Shown: positions 11,550-25,089 of the stretch, piece after piece
How positions within the stretch are numbered: the stretch's first letter is position 1
Layout: every line of letters begins with the position of its first letter
Source of the DNA: Chiloscyllium plagiosum
Lineage: Eukaryota
Reading direction: 5' to 3'
DNA: 64,000 nucleotides
NCBI RefSeq assembly: GCF_004010195.1
Contig: NW_025215381.1
Coordinates: 279,504-343,503 of the forward strand
The notes under the pieces: generated by a model
Databases searched by the model: none
Told to the model about the DNA's origin: nothing
What the model saw: only the letters and a program-made list of their open reading frames with translations
Position numbers and translations under genes: made by a program

Positions 11550-14500
11550 AAGAGTCCCTGGTATTTGAAATTATAGGGAGCAAGAGGGCCCTCGGTATTT
11601 GAAGTTTAAAGGGAGCAGGAGGCCCCCGGAATTTGAAGTTTAAAGGGAGCAGGAGACCCCCGGTATTTAAAGGTATAGGGAGCAAGAGGCCCCCGGGATT
11701 TGAAGTTTATAGGGAGCAAGAGGCCCCCGGTATCTGAAGTTTATAGGGAGCAGAGGCCCCCCGGTATTTAAGGTTTATAGGGAGCAAGAGGCCCCCCCGG
11801 TATTTAAGGTTTATTGGGAGCAGGAGGCCCCCGGTATTTAAGGTTTATTGGGAGCAAGAGGCCACCGGTATTTGAAGTTTATAGGGGGCAGGAGGCCTGC
11901 AGTATTTGAACTTATTGGGAGCAAGATTCCCCCGGTATTTGAAGTTTATAGGGAGCAAGAGCCCCCGGTATTTGAAATTTTAGGGAGAAAGAGCCCCCTG
12001 GTATTTGAAATTGTAAGGAGCAAGAGACCCCATGTATTTGAAGTTTAAAGGGAGCAGGAGGCCCCCGGTATCTGAAGTTGATTGGGAGCAAGAGACCCCC
12101 GGAATTTGAAGTTTGTAGGGAGCAAGAGACCCCCGGAATTTGAAGTTTATAGGGAGCAGGAGACCCCCTGAATTTGAAGGTTATAGGGAGCAAGAGGCCC
12201 CCGGGATTTGAAGTTTGTAGGGAGCAAGAGGCCCCCGGTATCTGAAGTTTATAGGGAGCAGAGGCCGCCCCGGTATTTAAGGTTTATAGGGAGCAGGAGG
12301 CCCAGGTATTTGAAATTATAGGGTGCAAGAGGTTCCCGGTATTTGAAATTTATAGGGAGCAAGAGGCCCACGGTATTTGAAGTTATAGGGAGCAAGACCA
12401 CCCCAGTATTTGAAGTTATAGGGAGCAAGAGCCTCCTGGTATTTGAAGTTAAAGGGAGCAAGAGGTCCCTGGTATTTGAAGTTTATAGGGAGCAGGAGGC
12501 CCCCGGCATTTGAAGTCATTGGGAGCAAGATGCCGGTGGTTTTTGAAGTTTATAGAGAGCAGGAGGCCCCTGGTATTTGAAGTTATAGGGAGCAAGTGGC
12601 TGCCGGCATTTGAAGTCTATAGGGAGCAAGAGACCCCAGGTATTTGAAATTATAGGGAGCAAGAGGCCGCCGGTATTTGAAGTTAGAGGGAGTAAGAGAC
12701 CCCAGGAAATTGAAGTTATAGGGAGCAAATGCCCCCTGGTATTTGAAGTTTATAGGGAGCAGGAGGCCCCCGGTATTTGAAGTTTATAGGGAGCAGGAGG
12801 ACCCCGGCATTTGAAGTCTATAGGGAGCAAGAGACCCCAGGTATTTGAAGATATAGGGAGCAAGAGGCCCCCAGTATTTGAAGACATAGGAGCAAGAGGC
12901 CACCGGTATTTGAAGTTTATAGGGAGCAGGAGGCCCGCAGTATTTGAAGTTATTGGGAGCAAGATTCCCCCGGTATTTGAAGTTTATAGGGAGCAAGAGC
13001 CCCCGGTATTTGAAATTTTAGGGAGAAAGAGCCCCCTGGTATTTGAAATTGTAAGGAGCAAGAGACCCCCGAAATTTGAAGTTTACAGGGAGCAAGAGAC
13101 CCCCAGTATCTGAAGTTTATAGGGAGCAGAGGCCCCCCGGTATTTAAGGTTTATTGGGAGCAGGAGGCCCCCGGTATTTAAGGTTTATAGGGAGCAGGAG
13201 GCCCAGGTATTTGAAGTTATAGGGGAGCAAGAGACCCCGGAATTTGAAGTTATAGGGAGCAAGAGATCCCCAGTATTTGAAATTTATAGGGAGCAAGAGG
13301 CCCCGGAATTTGAAGTTAAAGGGAGCAAGAGGCCCCGGAATTTGAAGTTTATAGGGAGCAGGAGGCCCACGGTATTTGATGTTATAGGGAGCAAGACGCC
13401 CCCAGTATTTGAAGTTATAGGGAGCAAGAGCCTCCTGGTATTTGAAGTTAAAGGGAGCAGGAAGTCCCCGGTATTTGAAGTTTATAGAGAGCAGGACGCC
13501 CCTGGTATTTGAAGTTATAGGGAGCAAGTGGCTGCCGGCATTTGAAGTTATAGGGAGCAAGAGACCCCAGGTATTTGAAGTTATAGGGAGCAAGAAACCC
13601 CCGCTTTTTTGAAGTTTATACGGAGCAAGAGGCCACCGGTATTTGAAGTTTATAGGGAGCAGGAGGCCCGCAGTATTTGAAGTTATTGGGAGCAAGATTC
13701 CCCCGGTATTTGAAGTTTATAGGGAGCAAGAGCCCCCGGTATTTGAAATTTTAGGGAGAAAGAGCCCCCTGGTATTTGAAATTGTAAGGAGCAAGAGACC
13801 CCCGGAATTTGAAGTTTACAGGGAGCAAGAGACCCCCGGTACCTGAAGTTTATAGGGAGCAGAGGCCCCCCGGTATTTAAGGTTTATTGGGAGCAGGAGG
13901 CCCCCGGTATTTAAGGTTCATAGGGAGCAGAGGCCCCCGGTATTTGAAGTTATAGGGTGCAAGAGGCCCCCAGTATTTGACGTTTATAGGGAGCAGAGGC
14001 CCCCGGTATTTGAAGTTATAGGGAGCAAGAGGCCCCCAGTATTTGAAGTTTTTAGGGAGCAGGAAACCCCTGGTATTTGAAGTCATTGGGAGCAAGATGC
14101 CGGTGGTTTTTGAAGTTTACAGAGAGCAGGAGGCCCCTGGTATTTGAAGTTATAGGGAGCAAGTGGCTGCCGGCATTTGAAGTCTATAGGGAGCAAGAGA
14201 CCCCCGGTATTTGAAACTATAGGGAGCAAGAGGCCGCCGGTATTTGAAGTTAAAGGGAGCAAGAGGCAGCCGGTATTTGAAGTTATAGGGAGTAAGAGAC
14301 CCCAGGAAATTGAAGTTATAGGGAGCAAATGCTCCCTGGTATTTGAAGACATAGGGAGCAAGAGTTTCCCGGTATTTGAAGTTTATATGGAACAGGAGGC
14401 CCCCGGTATTTGAAGTTTATAGGGAGCAGGAGGCCCCCGGCATTTTAAGTTTTTAGGGAGCAGGAAGTCCCCGGTATTTGAAGTCATTGGGAGCAGGAGG

Positions 14501-15176
14501 CCCCCGGTATTTGAAGTTATAGGGAGCAAGTGGCTGCCGGCAATTGAAGTCTATAGGGAGCAAGAGACCCCAGGTATTTGAAGACATAGGGAGCAAGAGG
14601 CCCCCGGTATTTGAAATTATAGGGAGCAAGAGACCCCAGGAATTTGAAGTTATAGGGAGCAGGAGGCCCCCGGTATTTGAAGTAATTGGGAGCAAGAGAA
14701 CCCCGGTATTTGAAGTTAGAGGGAGCAAGAGGACCCCGGTATTTGCAGTTATAGGGAGCAAGAGGCCCCCAGTATTTGAAATTATAGGGAGCAAGAGGCT
14801 CACGGTATTTGAAGTTTTTAGGGAGCAAGAGGCCACTGGTATTTGAATGCTATGGGGAGCAATAGGCCCCCAGTATTTGAAATTATAGGGAGCAAGAGGC
14901 CCCTGGTATTTGAAGTTATAGGGAGCAAGAGGCCCCTGGTATTTGAAGTCTATAGGGAGCAAGAACCCTTTGCTATTTGAAGTCTATAGGGAGCAAGAGG
15001 CCTGCAGTATTTGAAATCATAGGGAGCAAGAGGACCCAGTATTTGAAATTTATAGGGACCAAGAGGCCTCCGGTATTTGAAGTTATAGGGAGTAAGAGAC
15101 ACCCGGTATTTGAAATTATGGGGAGCAAGAAGCCACCGGTATTTGAAGGTATAGGGAGCAAGAGGCCTTCGGTATT

Positions 15177-15298
15177 TGATGAAGGAGCGTCGCTCCGAAA
15201 GCTAGTGTGCTTCCAATTAAACCTGTTGGACTATAACCTGGTGTTGTGTGATTTTTAACTTTCTACACCCCAGTCCAACACCGGCATCTCCGAATCAT
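15177..15298 (+). mobile_element. Penelope-like element terminal fragment with truncated hammerhead core
   Basis: TGATGA-A-GGAGC-GTC-GCTCC-GAAAGCTAGTG. Homologous to the terminus (62797-62900) of the GIY-YIG-bearing element. Confidence 0.8.
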
Positions 15299-17921
15299 NN
15301 NNNNNNNNNNNNNNNNNNNNNNNNNNNNNNNNNNNNNNNNNNNNNNNNNNATTTGAAGTTTATAGGGAGCAAGAGGCCACCGGTATTTGAAGTTTATAGG
15401 GGGCAGGAGGCCCGCAGTATTTGAAGTTATTGGGAGCAAGATTCCCCCGGTATTTGAAGTTTATAGGGAGCAAGAGCCCCCGGTATTTGAAATTTTAGGG
15501 AGAAAGAGCCCCCTGGTATTTGAAATTGTAAGGAGCAAGAGACCCCATGTATTTGAAGTTTAAAGGGAGCAGGAGGCCCACGGTATCTGAAGTTGATTGG
15601 GAGCAAGAGACCCCCGGAATTTGAAGTTTATAGGGAGCAATAGACCCCCGGAATTTGAAGTTTATAGGGAGCAGGAGACCCCCGGAATTTGAAGGTTATA
15701 GGGAGCAAGAGGCCCCCGGGATTTGAAGTTTATAGGGAGCAAGAGGCCCCCCCGGTATTTAAGGTTTATTGGGAGCAGGAGGCCCCCGGTATTTAAGGTT
15801 TATAGGGAGCAGGAGGCCCAGGTATTTGAAGTTATAGGGTGCAAGAGGTTCCCGGTATTTGAAATTTATAGGGAGCAAGAGGCCCACGGTATTTGAAGTT
15901 ATAGGGAGCAAGACCCCCCCAGTATTTGAAGTTATAGGGAGCAAGTGCCTCCTGGTATTTGAAGTTTATAGGGCGCAGGAGGACCCCGGCATTTGAAGTC
16001 TATAGGGAGCAAGAGACCCCAGGTATTTGAAGATATAGGGAGCAAGAGACCCCAGGTATTTGAAGACATAGGGAGCAAGAAACCCCGGTATTTGAAGTTA
16101 TAGGGAGCAAGAAACCCCAGGTATTTGAAGTTTATACGGAGAAAGAGGCCACCGGTATTTGAAGTTATAGGGAGCAGGAGGCCCGCAGTATTTGAAGTTA
16201 TTGGGAGCAAGATTCCCCCGGTATTTGAAGTTATAGGGAGCAAGAGGCCCACAGTATTTGAAGTTATAGGGAGCAAGAGACCCCGGAATTTGAAGTTATA
16301 GGGAGCAAGAGGTCCCCAGTATTTGAAATTTATAGGGAGCAAAAGGCCCCGGAATTTGAAATTTATAGGGAGCAAGAGGCCCCGGAATTTGAAGTTAAGG
16401 GGAGCAAAAGGCCCATGGTATTTGAAGTTATAGGGAGCAAGACGCCCCCAGTATTTGAAGTTATAGGGAGCAAGAGCCTCCTGGTATTTGAAGTTAAAGG
16501 GAGCAAGAGGTGCCCGGTATTTGAAGTTTATAGAGGGCAGGAGGCCCCTGGTATTTGAAGTTATAGGGAGCAAGTGGCTGCCGGCATTTGAAGTCTATAG
16601 GGAGCAAGAGACCCCGGTATTTTAAATTATAGGGAGCAAGAGGCTCCTGGTATTTGAAGTTATAGGGAGCAAGAGGGCCCCCGGTATTTGAAGTTATAGG
16701 GAGCAAGAAACCCCCGGTATTTGAAGTTTATAGGGAGCAAGAGCCCCCGGTATTTGAAGTTATAGGGAGCAAGAGCCCCCGGTATTTGAAGTTATAGGGA
16801 GCAAGAAACCGCCGGTATTTGAAGTTTATACGAAGCAAGAGGCCACCGGTGTTTGAAGTTTATAGGGAGCAGGAGGCCCGCAGTATTTGAAGTTATTGGG
16901 AGCAAGATTCCCCCGGTATTTGAAGTTTATAGGGAGCAAGAGCCCCCGGTATTTGAAATTTTAGGGAGAAAGAGCCCCCTGGTATTTGAAATTGTAAGGA
17001 GCAAGAGACCCCCGAAATTTGAAGTTTACAGGGAGCAAGAGACCCCCGGTATCTGAAGTTTATAGGGAGCAGAGGCCCCCCGGTATTTAAGGTTTATTGG
17101 GAGCAGGAGGCCCCCGGTATTTAAGGTTTATTGGGAGCAGGAGGCCCCCGGTATTTAAGGTTTATAGGGAGCAGGAGGCCCAGGTATTTGAAGTTATAGG
17201 GAGCAAGAGGTTCCCGGTATTTGACGTTTATAGGGAGCAGAGGCCCCCGGTATTTAAAGTTATAGGGAGCAAGAGGCCCCCAGTATTTGAAATTTATAGG
17301 GAGCAGGAGGCCCCCGGGATTTGAAGTTTTTAGGGAGCAGGAAGCCTCCGGTATTTGAAGTCATTGGGAGCAAGATGCCCGTGGTTTTTGAAGTTTATAG
17401 GGAGCAAGAGACCCCCGGTATTTGAAACTATAGGGAGTAAGAGACCCCAGGAAATTGAAGTTATAGGGAGCAAATGCCCCCTTGTATTTGATGTTTATGG
17501 GGAGCAAGATGCCCACCGTATTTGAAGTTATAGGGAGCAAGAGGTCCCCGGTATTTGAGGTCTATAGGGAGCAAAAGACCCCAGGTGTTTGAAGTTATAG
17601 GGAGCAAGAGGCCCCCCTGTATCTGAAGTTCATAGGAAGCAGGAGGCCCCGTGTATTAGAAATTACAGGGAGCAAGAGGCCCCATGTATTTGAAGTTATA
17701 GGGAGCAAGAGGCCCCCGGTATTTGAAGTTATAGGGAGCAAGAGGCACCCGGTATTTGAAGTAATTGGGAGCAAGAGGCCCCCGGTATTTGAAGTAATTG
17801 GGAGCAAGAGGCCCCCGTTATTTGAAGTTATAGGGACCAAGAGGCCCTCGGTATTTGAAATTATGGGGAGCAAGAAGCCACCGGTATTTGAAGGTATAGG
17901 GAGCAAGAGGCCTTCGGTATT

Positions 17922-18043
17922 TGATGAAGGAGCGTCGCTCCGAAAGCTAGTGTGCTTCCAATTAAACCTGTTGGACTATAACCTGGTGTTGTGTGATTTT
18001 TAACTTTCTACACCCCAGTCCAACACCGGCATCTCCGAATCAT
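17922..18043 (+). mobile_element. Penelope-like element terminal fragment (identical second copy)
   Basis: Same 122 bp as 15177-15298, with the same upstream array context. Confidence 0.8.
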
Positions 18044-18931
18044 TTCAGTATTTGAAGTCTATAGGGAGCAAGAGATCCCCAGAATTTGAAGTTATAGGGA
18101 GCAAGAGGCCCCTGGCTTTTGAAGTCTATGGACAGCAAGAGGCCCCCAGAATTTGAAATCATAAGGAGCAAGAGGACCCAGTATTTGAAGTTATAGGGAG
18201 CAAGAGGCCCCCAGTATTTGAATTTTTGGGGAGCAAGAGGCCCACAGTATTTGAAATTACAGGGTGCAAGAGGCCCCCGGAATTTGAAGTTAAAGAGAGC
18301 AAGAGGCCCCAGTATTTGAAGTTATAGGGAGCAAGAGGCCCCAGTATTTGCAGTTATAGGGAACAAGAGGCCCACGGTATTTGAAGTTTTTAGGGAGCAA
18401 GAGGCCCCTGGTATTTGAAGTTATAGGGAGCAAGAGGCCCCCAGTATTTGACGTTTTAGGGAGCAAGAGGCCCCCAGTATTTGAAGTTTTAGGGAGCAAG
18501 AGGCCCCCAGTATTTGAAGTTATAGTGAGCAAGAGGCCCCCGGTATTTGAAGTTATTTGGAGCAAGGGGCCACCAGTATTTGAAGTTATAGCGAGCAGGA
18601 GGCCCCCGGTATTTGAAGTTTTAGGGAGGTAGGAGGCCCCTGATATTTGAAGTTTCTTAGGAGGCAGGGGGCCCCCAGTTTTTAAATATATGTTATTATT
18701 AACATAATAAAATATAATATTTAATAAGTTAATAAATAATAATAAATTAATAATTAAATAATCAATACTTCAGTTGGTGTTTTTAAAAAAGTAAAGAAAT
18801 ATTGTGATATTTTAAATTAAAAGTTTTTTTTTAATAAAAAGTTTTGTGAAATTGATTAGCGTTTGTGGAAGTCTGATCAGTGAGTATTATTTTTTAAAAA
18901 TTATATCCTATTAAACTGAAGTAATTTTAAA

Positions 18932-19590
18932 ATGGGTAATCACATAGACAGACCAGATGATTCATCATCAATGTTCGCGAAATTATGCGAAAAATTTCCT
19001 GAAAGGTCTGAGGCCTTTAGAAAACTGTATGGAGGTCTAAACAAAACATTGGCTGATGAAGAATATCATTAGGTGTCCTTAAATCTGTTCAATTGGTTAA
19101 ATCAGCTCAGTAATTGATTTGGCAACGTAACATGGGAGCGGGAATGAAAGCATTAATTGGATTATGGTGACAGTTTTGTGATGAGAGGCACCAAAGAATC
19201 AGTTTTGCACTCATGGCAGGACACTGCCACCAAATTGGGGATTGAATTAACTGCAAATGATGCTATGAAATCTGTTGAGGTTCTTAAAAGTGAAGTGCTC
19301 AAGCAAAACAATTACAGAAGCAAAAGGAAAAGTCACAAGTGACTAGTAAACAAACAGAATTGCACATTTTGATGGTTGGCCTTAGTTTTAATGAGGAAGA
19401 CAATGATAATTTGGATTTAGATGAGTGGTGCTTTTTTTTATATTTTTATATAATTTTTTTTGCAGCTCCCATTTCAGACTCTTCCTTACATGCTGATCAG
19501 TCTTTGGAATGTAGAGCTGTTTCACTTAATTCTCAATAACTTTACTGCTGTAGTCCAGGAACAGCAGCGACAAGATAATATTCTCGCTGC
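18932..19590 (+). pseudogene. gag: Inverted second copy of the ERV gag 5' region, including the start codon
   Basis: ATG GGT AAT (MGNHIDRP..., myristoylation-type MG start). Aligns in reverse with 10140-10667 (roughly 85% by eye), then jumps to QEQQRQDNILA (cf. ~9540-9600). Confidence 0.85.
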
Positions 19591-21353
19591 TGTATTGTTG
19601 TTTGTTGTACCTGTTGTAACTGCTCAGCTTGGCTTGTCTTGATATGTTGCTGTTTTTGTTCGTTTTGGTGATTTTTCTTTGTTTATGGAATACAGAGGGC
19701 GGCCGTTGTTCTTTCTTGATGTGTTAAAAGGTAAGGCTGGCCAGCGGTAACAGTTCTTCCACACTTGGTTAAGCAATGATGCCACAGCCAGGATTTATCA
19801 AGCTAAACTCCCAAGCTAAAAACTGAGATATGGTGTGTGTGTGAGAGAGACAGAGAGAGAGAAAAAAAAGAGCTGTACAGTTAATAGAAAGTTCAACCCT
19901 TTGTGATTCAGTTTGAATGCACATTTGTTTGTTGATGATTGAATGTTTGTGCTTTGTTCCCTGGAGCTTGAGATCCGGGCTAATCTCTTTTATCCTTACA
20001 TAAAAGCCAACCTTATTCTATTTCAAATCAGCTTAATACGGAGGAAAACAACCTTTTTTTTGGTGTTTCAGACTCATTTGCTTCCACTTAATTTTAAGAC
20101 TGATGTGTTTATTGCTGATTATGATGTGCCAGCCATCAGGAAGTCCCTCAATGATAGTTGAAGTTTCAGTTCAACATTAGATTGTAATAAGTCATCAAAA
20201 AAAAACCTTGGATTTGGCCATTATTCATGCATTAGAAGTTTTTTTTTTAACTTGAACAGACAAATCCTTTGAAGGCAGCTCCCGTTTTTTCACGACCTAT
20301 AGCATTGTAATTGAGCAATGACTGGTCAGGACTACTTAAGAAAACTAATTTTAGATTTAAATTAAGGGACCAAAACTAGGTAACTATAGTAGATTTCAAA
20401 GTTGGGAACTGTATGCATTTTACATTTTAAATATTAAATACTGAATAAATGAATTTCCAATTTATATATAATATATAAATATATATTTATAAATTATATA
20501 AGAAACTGAAATGTTTTATGTTACTCAGATACATATTGTAAAAAATAATGACCATTGAAATATTACCACAGAGGAGATCTGATCTCAAAACAAGACAATG
20601 AGAACTTAGCTCTGTTGATCCTCCAATGTCCACAAAAATAATTGAAAACTTATTTTCCATAATCTTCTTCAGATGTATCCACACTCAGTAATGCATAAAG
20701 TATGCTTGGTACCACTCCACTCAGTGCTCTCTCCAAAATTCAAACTGAATTCTATCCATTATCATTAGGTGTCCCTAATGGATGGAAGAGGACTACTGCC
20801 TGACTTAAATAGGCACTGCTGTCACCCAGCATTCCAACATCTGGAAAATAGGGACAGTCAAACATATCGAAGAATAGGATGGTATATCAATCACTTTCTT
20901 TTGTAGCATCACTGCCCCATTGCCATGGAGTTGGCAAGCTCCATAATGTCACAGCTATGTGATACAGTGACCAGGACAACTGAATGAGACAAATCACCTA
21001 TTTAGTTCTCCTCTTGCAAATTTTGATTAGCTGGAAACTCAAATCCTAAAACTAGCTTTCAGATTATGACAATCAAGATTCCAAAATGTATAGTTAGGAA
21101 ACAGGCTTTAAAGTTAGAAGCATAAATTGATAAATTGGTCAAATGAGGTTAAAATGAAAATAGAGGCAAGGAGATCAACTACAGAAGGAAAAAGAATGAC
21201 GCAATAAGAAGGATAAAGCAGCAGAGTTCAGTTTTTAAAATGTTTTAGTCACTTGTTGGATTTCCACCCTGAATTACAGATAATGAATATTTTATTTATT
21301 ATTATAAATATTAATAGTATAAATAGTAATATATAATTAATAATGAATATTTA

Positions 21354-21470
21354 TAATACAATTAATTTATTATAAATATTAATAGTATAAATATTAATAG
21401 TATAAATAGTAATATATAATTAATAATGAATATTTATACTATTAATATTTATAATAAATTAATTGTATTA
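21354..21470. repeat. Perfect 42-bp AT-rich inverted repeat with a 33-bp spacer
   Basis: 21354-21395 is the exact reverse complement of 21429-21470. Confidence 0.9.
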
Positions 21471-21887
21471 GCCTGAATCAATATTAATTGGCAGGATTCC
21501 TTCACACATTCTCAGTGACCTGTCATATTGATTCATGGCTAATTTAAAACATGACTGCATTAATTCATTGTTAATTAAAGTTACATTACTGGCCTGTTGA
21601 AGAAATTTCCCATATGACTGGGCGATAGGGACTATATATGGCAGATGAAACTCCCAAAAGCTGGGGAGTTGACTGTGAATGGGTGTATATATGTATAAAA
21701 AAAATTAGAAATGACATGAGAAAATAATGTAAGGTCACTAAGGTTGAGGAGTATATAAACAAGGTTAAAGCAACAATACTGTAAAATAAAAAAAAACTTA
21801 GGCTCAGGATTCCGAGTAGAATCTATGTCTGGCATACCAACCCTCTTTGAGAATTGAGATTTTGTTCCTGTCTACATGCTGAGCCCT

Positions 21888-22785
21888 GTAGCTATGTGGT
21901 TGGCACTGCTGCCTCGTGTGCCAGGATCCTGGGTTTAATGCCAGCCTTGGATGGCTGTCTGTGTGGAATTTGCACATTCTCCCTCTGTCTGTGTGGGTTT
22001 CCTCCGAGTGCTCCGGTTTCCTCCCACAGTCCAAAGATGTGCACATCAGGTGAATTGGCCATGCTAAATTGTCCATAGTGTTAGGTGCATTAGTCCAAGG
22101 GAAATAGGTCTAGGTCAGGGGTGGGGAACCTGCGGCCTTCTAGGTCATTATGTGTAGCCTTTTGAATGAATCCAAATTTTGGAGAACAAATTTTTTTTTA
22201 TTAATATGTTTTTTTTGTCCTTTTATTATTTTTATTTTAATCTTAAAATGAATGATGCTGAGAAAGATCCGATTGAAATATGGTAAAATGCAACAGAATA
22301 CCCATGCCTTCGGCAACATGCACAAAAAATGCTTTCTTGCTTTTCAACCACTTATTGCTGTGAATCTACATTCTCCTATTTAACCAAAATCAAGACGCCC
22401 TAAAGGTCACAAATGACGGATACCCACCTCGAGGATCAGCTAAAACTACAGACCTCCATGCTGCAACCAAATATTCAAATGCTTTCCTACAAAAAGCAGT
22501 CACAACAAAGTCATTAAAAGGTCATTAAAGTCATTAACTTTAGAATTAACATTTTTATTCTTTTTTTTAGTTAACACATAGTAGTTAGATTTTTACAAAA
22601 TAATGTGAATTTTGAAGAATATATAATTGAAGTTTCTTGGATTAGATTAGATTACAATTTATTAGATTACAACTAACATAATGCGGCCTTCCAACATGAA
22701 AAGGTTCCCCACCTCTGGTCAAGGTGGTTTATTCTTCATAGGATCGGTGTGGACTTGTTGAACCTGTTTCCATACTGTAGGGAAT
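21888..22785 (+). mobile_element. HE1-like V-SINE split by a hAT insertion
   Basis: The SINE body at 21888-22115 resumes at 22718-22785. Confidence 0.85.
22116..22717 (+). mobile_element. Non-autonomous hAT (Charlie-group) DNA transposon, 602 bp
   Basis: TIRs CAGGGGTGGGGAACCT / AGGTTCCCCACCTCTG and an 8-bp TSD GTCTAGGT / GTCAAGGT. Internal hAT dimerisation-domain remnant YPCLRQHAQKMLSCFSTTYCCESTFSYLTKIK...KKQSQQSH*. Confidence 0.92.
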
Positions 22786-25089
22786 TGAATCATCTCCTGA
22801 TTGTCCCCAGCCTTAATTTAAAGCATCCACTTGGTGAAACTTTTCCATCTTTTGAAAATGAAACATTCAGTCTTTATTGTCGATATTATGGGGATGAGCA
22901 ACTTGCGCCATCCTAAACCGGGTCCCATCCCGGGGACTAGAGTAATGTTAATGAAGTATGCCTCTAACTGCAAGACCAAACGGCCAGATTTGCTCAGTAT
23001 GTCCCAGTGTGATACGGATACAAATGCAGTAAAATTCTAGGAGTAGCCTGAATATGAATGGCTTGTGTTACAAGACTGAAAAATGTGCCTATCTGTCTGA
23101 TGGTAGTGACAAACAATTGAACAATAATTAAGAAGCTCAATTACCTTTATTTAACCCTATGCTTTTGCAATGTTTTCTGGCTGGAGTCACTGACATGATC
23201 CAGTCTAACAGTACAAACCAGTCCAGGAATTTCCAGTCACAAATGAGGTGAGTGGTGGTTTTCTATTGGGATGGCCAAAACCGGACTGAACCATGATGCA
23301 AGTTGCAGGTAAAACAAATTATATTCAGGGTCCTCGTGATCCCAAATGCTGTATGAACCAGTATACCCACTGGGGGCGGAACCTACCTCATGTACCTACC
23401 CGATGAACACTGCTGGACAACCTTTTCCTGAGGGGATCCTGAAAATGGGGACAGGCAGGACCCGCATTTCACCTTTGAGACTGGCAACAAGATATCAAAA
23501 AAAACCCAGGGGCAAATGCCTGGCCCTTGCTTTAACTGTTGAAATGTGGCCAATGGGGAGTAATGTGTCTTTAATGTTACCTCGGAGCTGACGTTGGGAA
23601 TCAACAGGCTTTCATCCAATCAAAAATAAAATCTACTAATATACACTGACTCTTCATTGTGCTTTTAATATGATCCATGATTTTGGAGTCTTGTGGGAAC
23701 ATTGAAGATTTTTAACCCCCATGGGGGGCTGCGTTATAATAATGATATTTTCTCCAATCAATCTGACAGTTATCAAGATATCTGGCTCATGCTGATGAAA
23801 CTGATACTGTTTCTAAAGTAATGGGCAGGTATATGCAGCTGCCAAACTTCTGATCCCATTGGGGCCCCAGCAAAACCCATTTAGACACAGTATAAGGATG
23901 GGTATGCCAGACCTGGGTAAGGTGCAAAAATCACGGGGGAATGATTCAGTAGTCTGTTCAGTGCCAATTCACAATGTAGAGGTTGATTTCTCTATTGTTT
24001 ACTGACTGTAATCATACGGGTTTAGTTATTCGATTGTTTTCAATATTGTTTTGAAATTTGGAAGTAATTTTTAAATTTTCATTTATGAAATAATTACAGG
24101 CACTTTATACTACAATATACCACTGACTGAATTATCAAGTGATTTGATTTCATACATGGACCCTAAGCCTTTTGTTTGCTTTGTGTATGGAACTTGTAAG
24201 AATACACACTGGCTGATTTGATTTATTTTTGGGTTGGGCTGTTAGATCTAAGAAGGAATGTCTGGCTGAGCTATTACCTTCACCTAGATATTTAATATTG
24301 AACACTGATGGTTTATAATTTTAAGATTGTACCAATATCTAAATTCTAGGGTTAGCTCAATATTAGAAAAATTTCAGTGTGGTTTGAAAGCTTTGTGTTA
24401 TGTTACCATAATTTGGGGACAGCATTGCCCTCCAGCTAATATTTATTACCAATTTTTCTGCTCAAAATCATCATCCGATTTCTACATTTAATTCTAATTA
24501 CTGTCAACTAAAGCTGCATTTAATTGGGCACAATGTTAATGTTCTTTTTATAAGGAGAATACAATATATTGCAGAACTGATCTAAATTTTAGATAATATA
24601 GATTTTTTTTTAGTAGCAAAAGTTCAAACAGTATTACATCCCAGCAAAGCTGGATTTATAAAAATAGGTTTGCTTAATTCACCCATGCCTGGGCTTTTCC
24701 ATATAAAATAAAATAATGCGTAGGAAGGGAATCTCCAGTGCATAATTTAAAATGAACAAGCTTTTTTCCAGTATTGACAATATATTTACTCCAGTGGGCT
24801 ATTTGAGTTTAATTAATTTGAGAATTATTTATTTCAAAATTGCTCTGAGGGCTTCTAGCTTGCTGAAGAGCAAATATTAGGCCTCAAATAAGGTACTCCC
24901 GCAATACTCAGACTAGAATTTGGGTTACCTCTATCAGATTAGTTTGTGTTACTTCTCTGCTGCTGCCTATTTTAATTGAATATATGTGTATTGTATATAC
25001 TTATATACAAGGAGGAAATGGTTTTTACTTTATTACAATGGACACTTCACTGTCTCCAACCTTGCAAGGGGGAAGATGATAAAGATCGA

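Larger units (their letters stand above)
10668..18684 (+). repeat. Tandem array of a 33-34 bp unit (consensus GGTATTTGAAGTTATAGGGAGCAAGAGGCCCCC), roughly 220 copies, inside the provirus
   Basis: Periodicity is directly visible and higher-order variant blocks recur. Interrupted by a SINE, two Penelope-like inserts and a gap at 15299-15350. Confidence 0.97.
20200..24950 (+). pseudogene. Heavily decayed gag/pol remnants of a more divergent retrovirus
   Basis: Zinc knuckle GPCFNC*NV(G)QWGVMC near 23528-23568. RNase H-like HDFGVLWEH*RFLTP...AHADE near 23630-23850. Weak integrase-like traces at 24360-24940. The 5' boundary is uncertain. Confidence 0.55.

Noticed and set aside
10668..18684. 33-bp array as a CRISPR-like array or a repetitive protein gene (VFEVIGSKRPP / LLLPITSNTGG)
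   Set aside because: There are no unique spacers. Frequent 34-bp units shift the frame, so the ORFs are by-products of the repeat.
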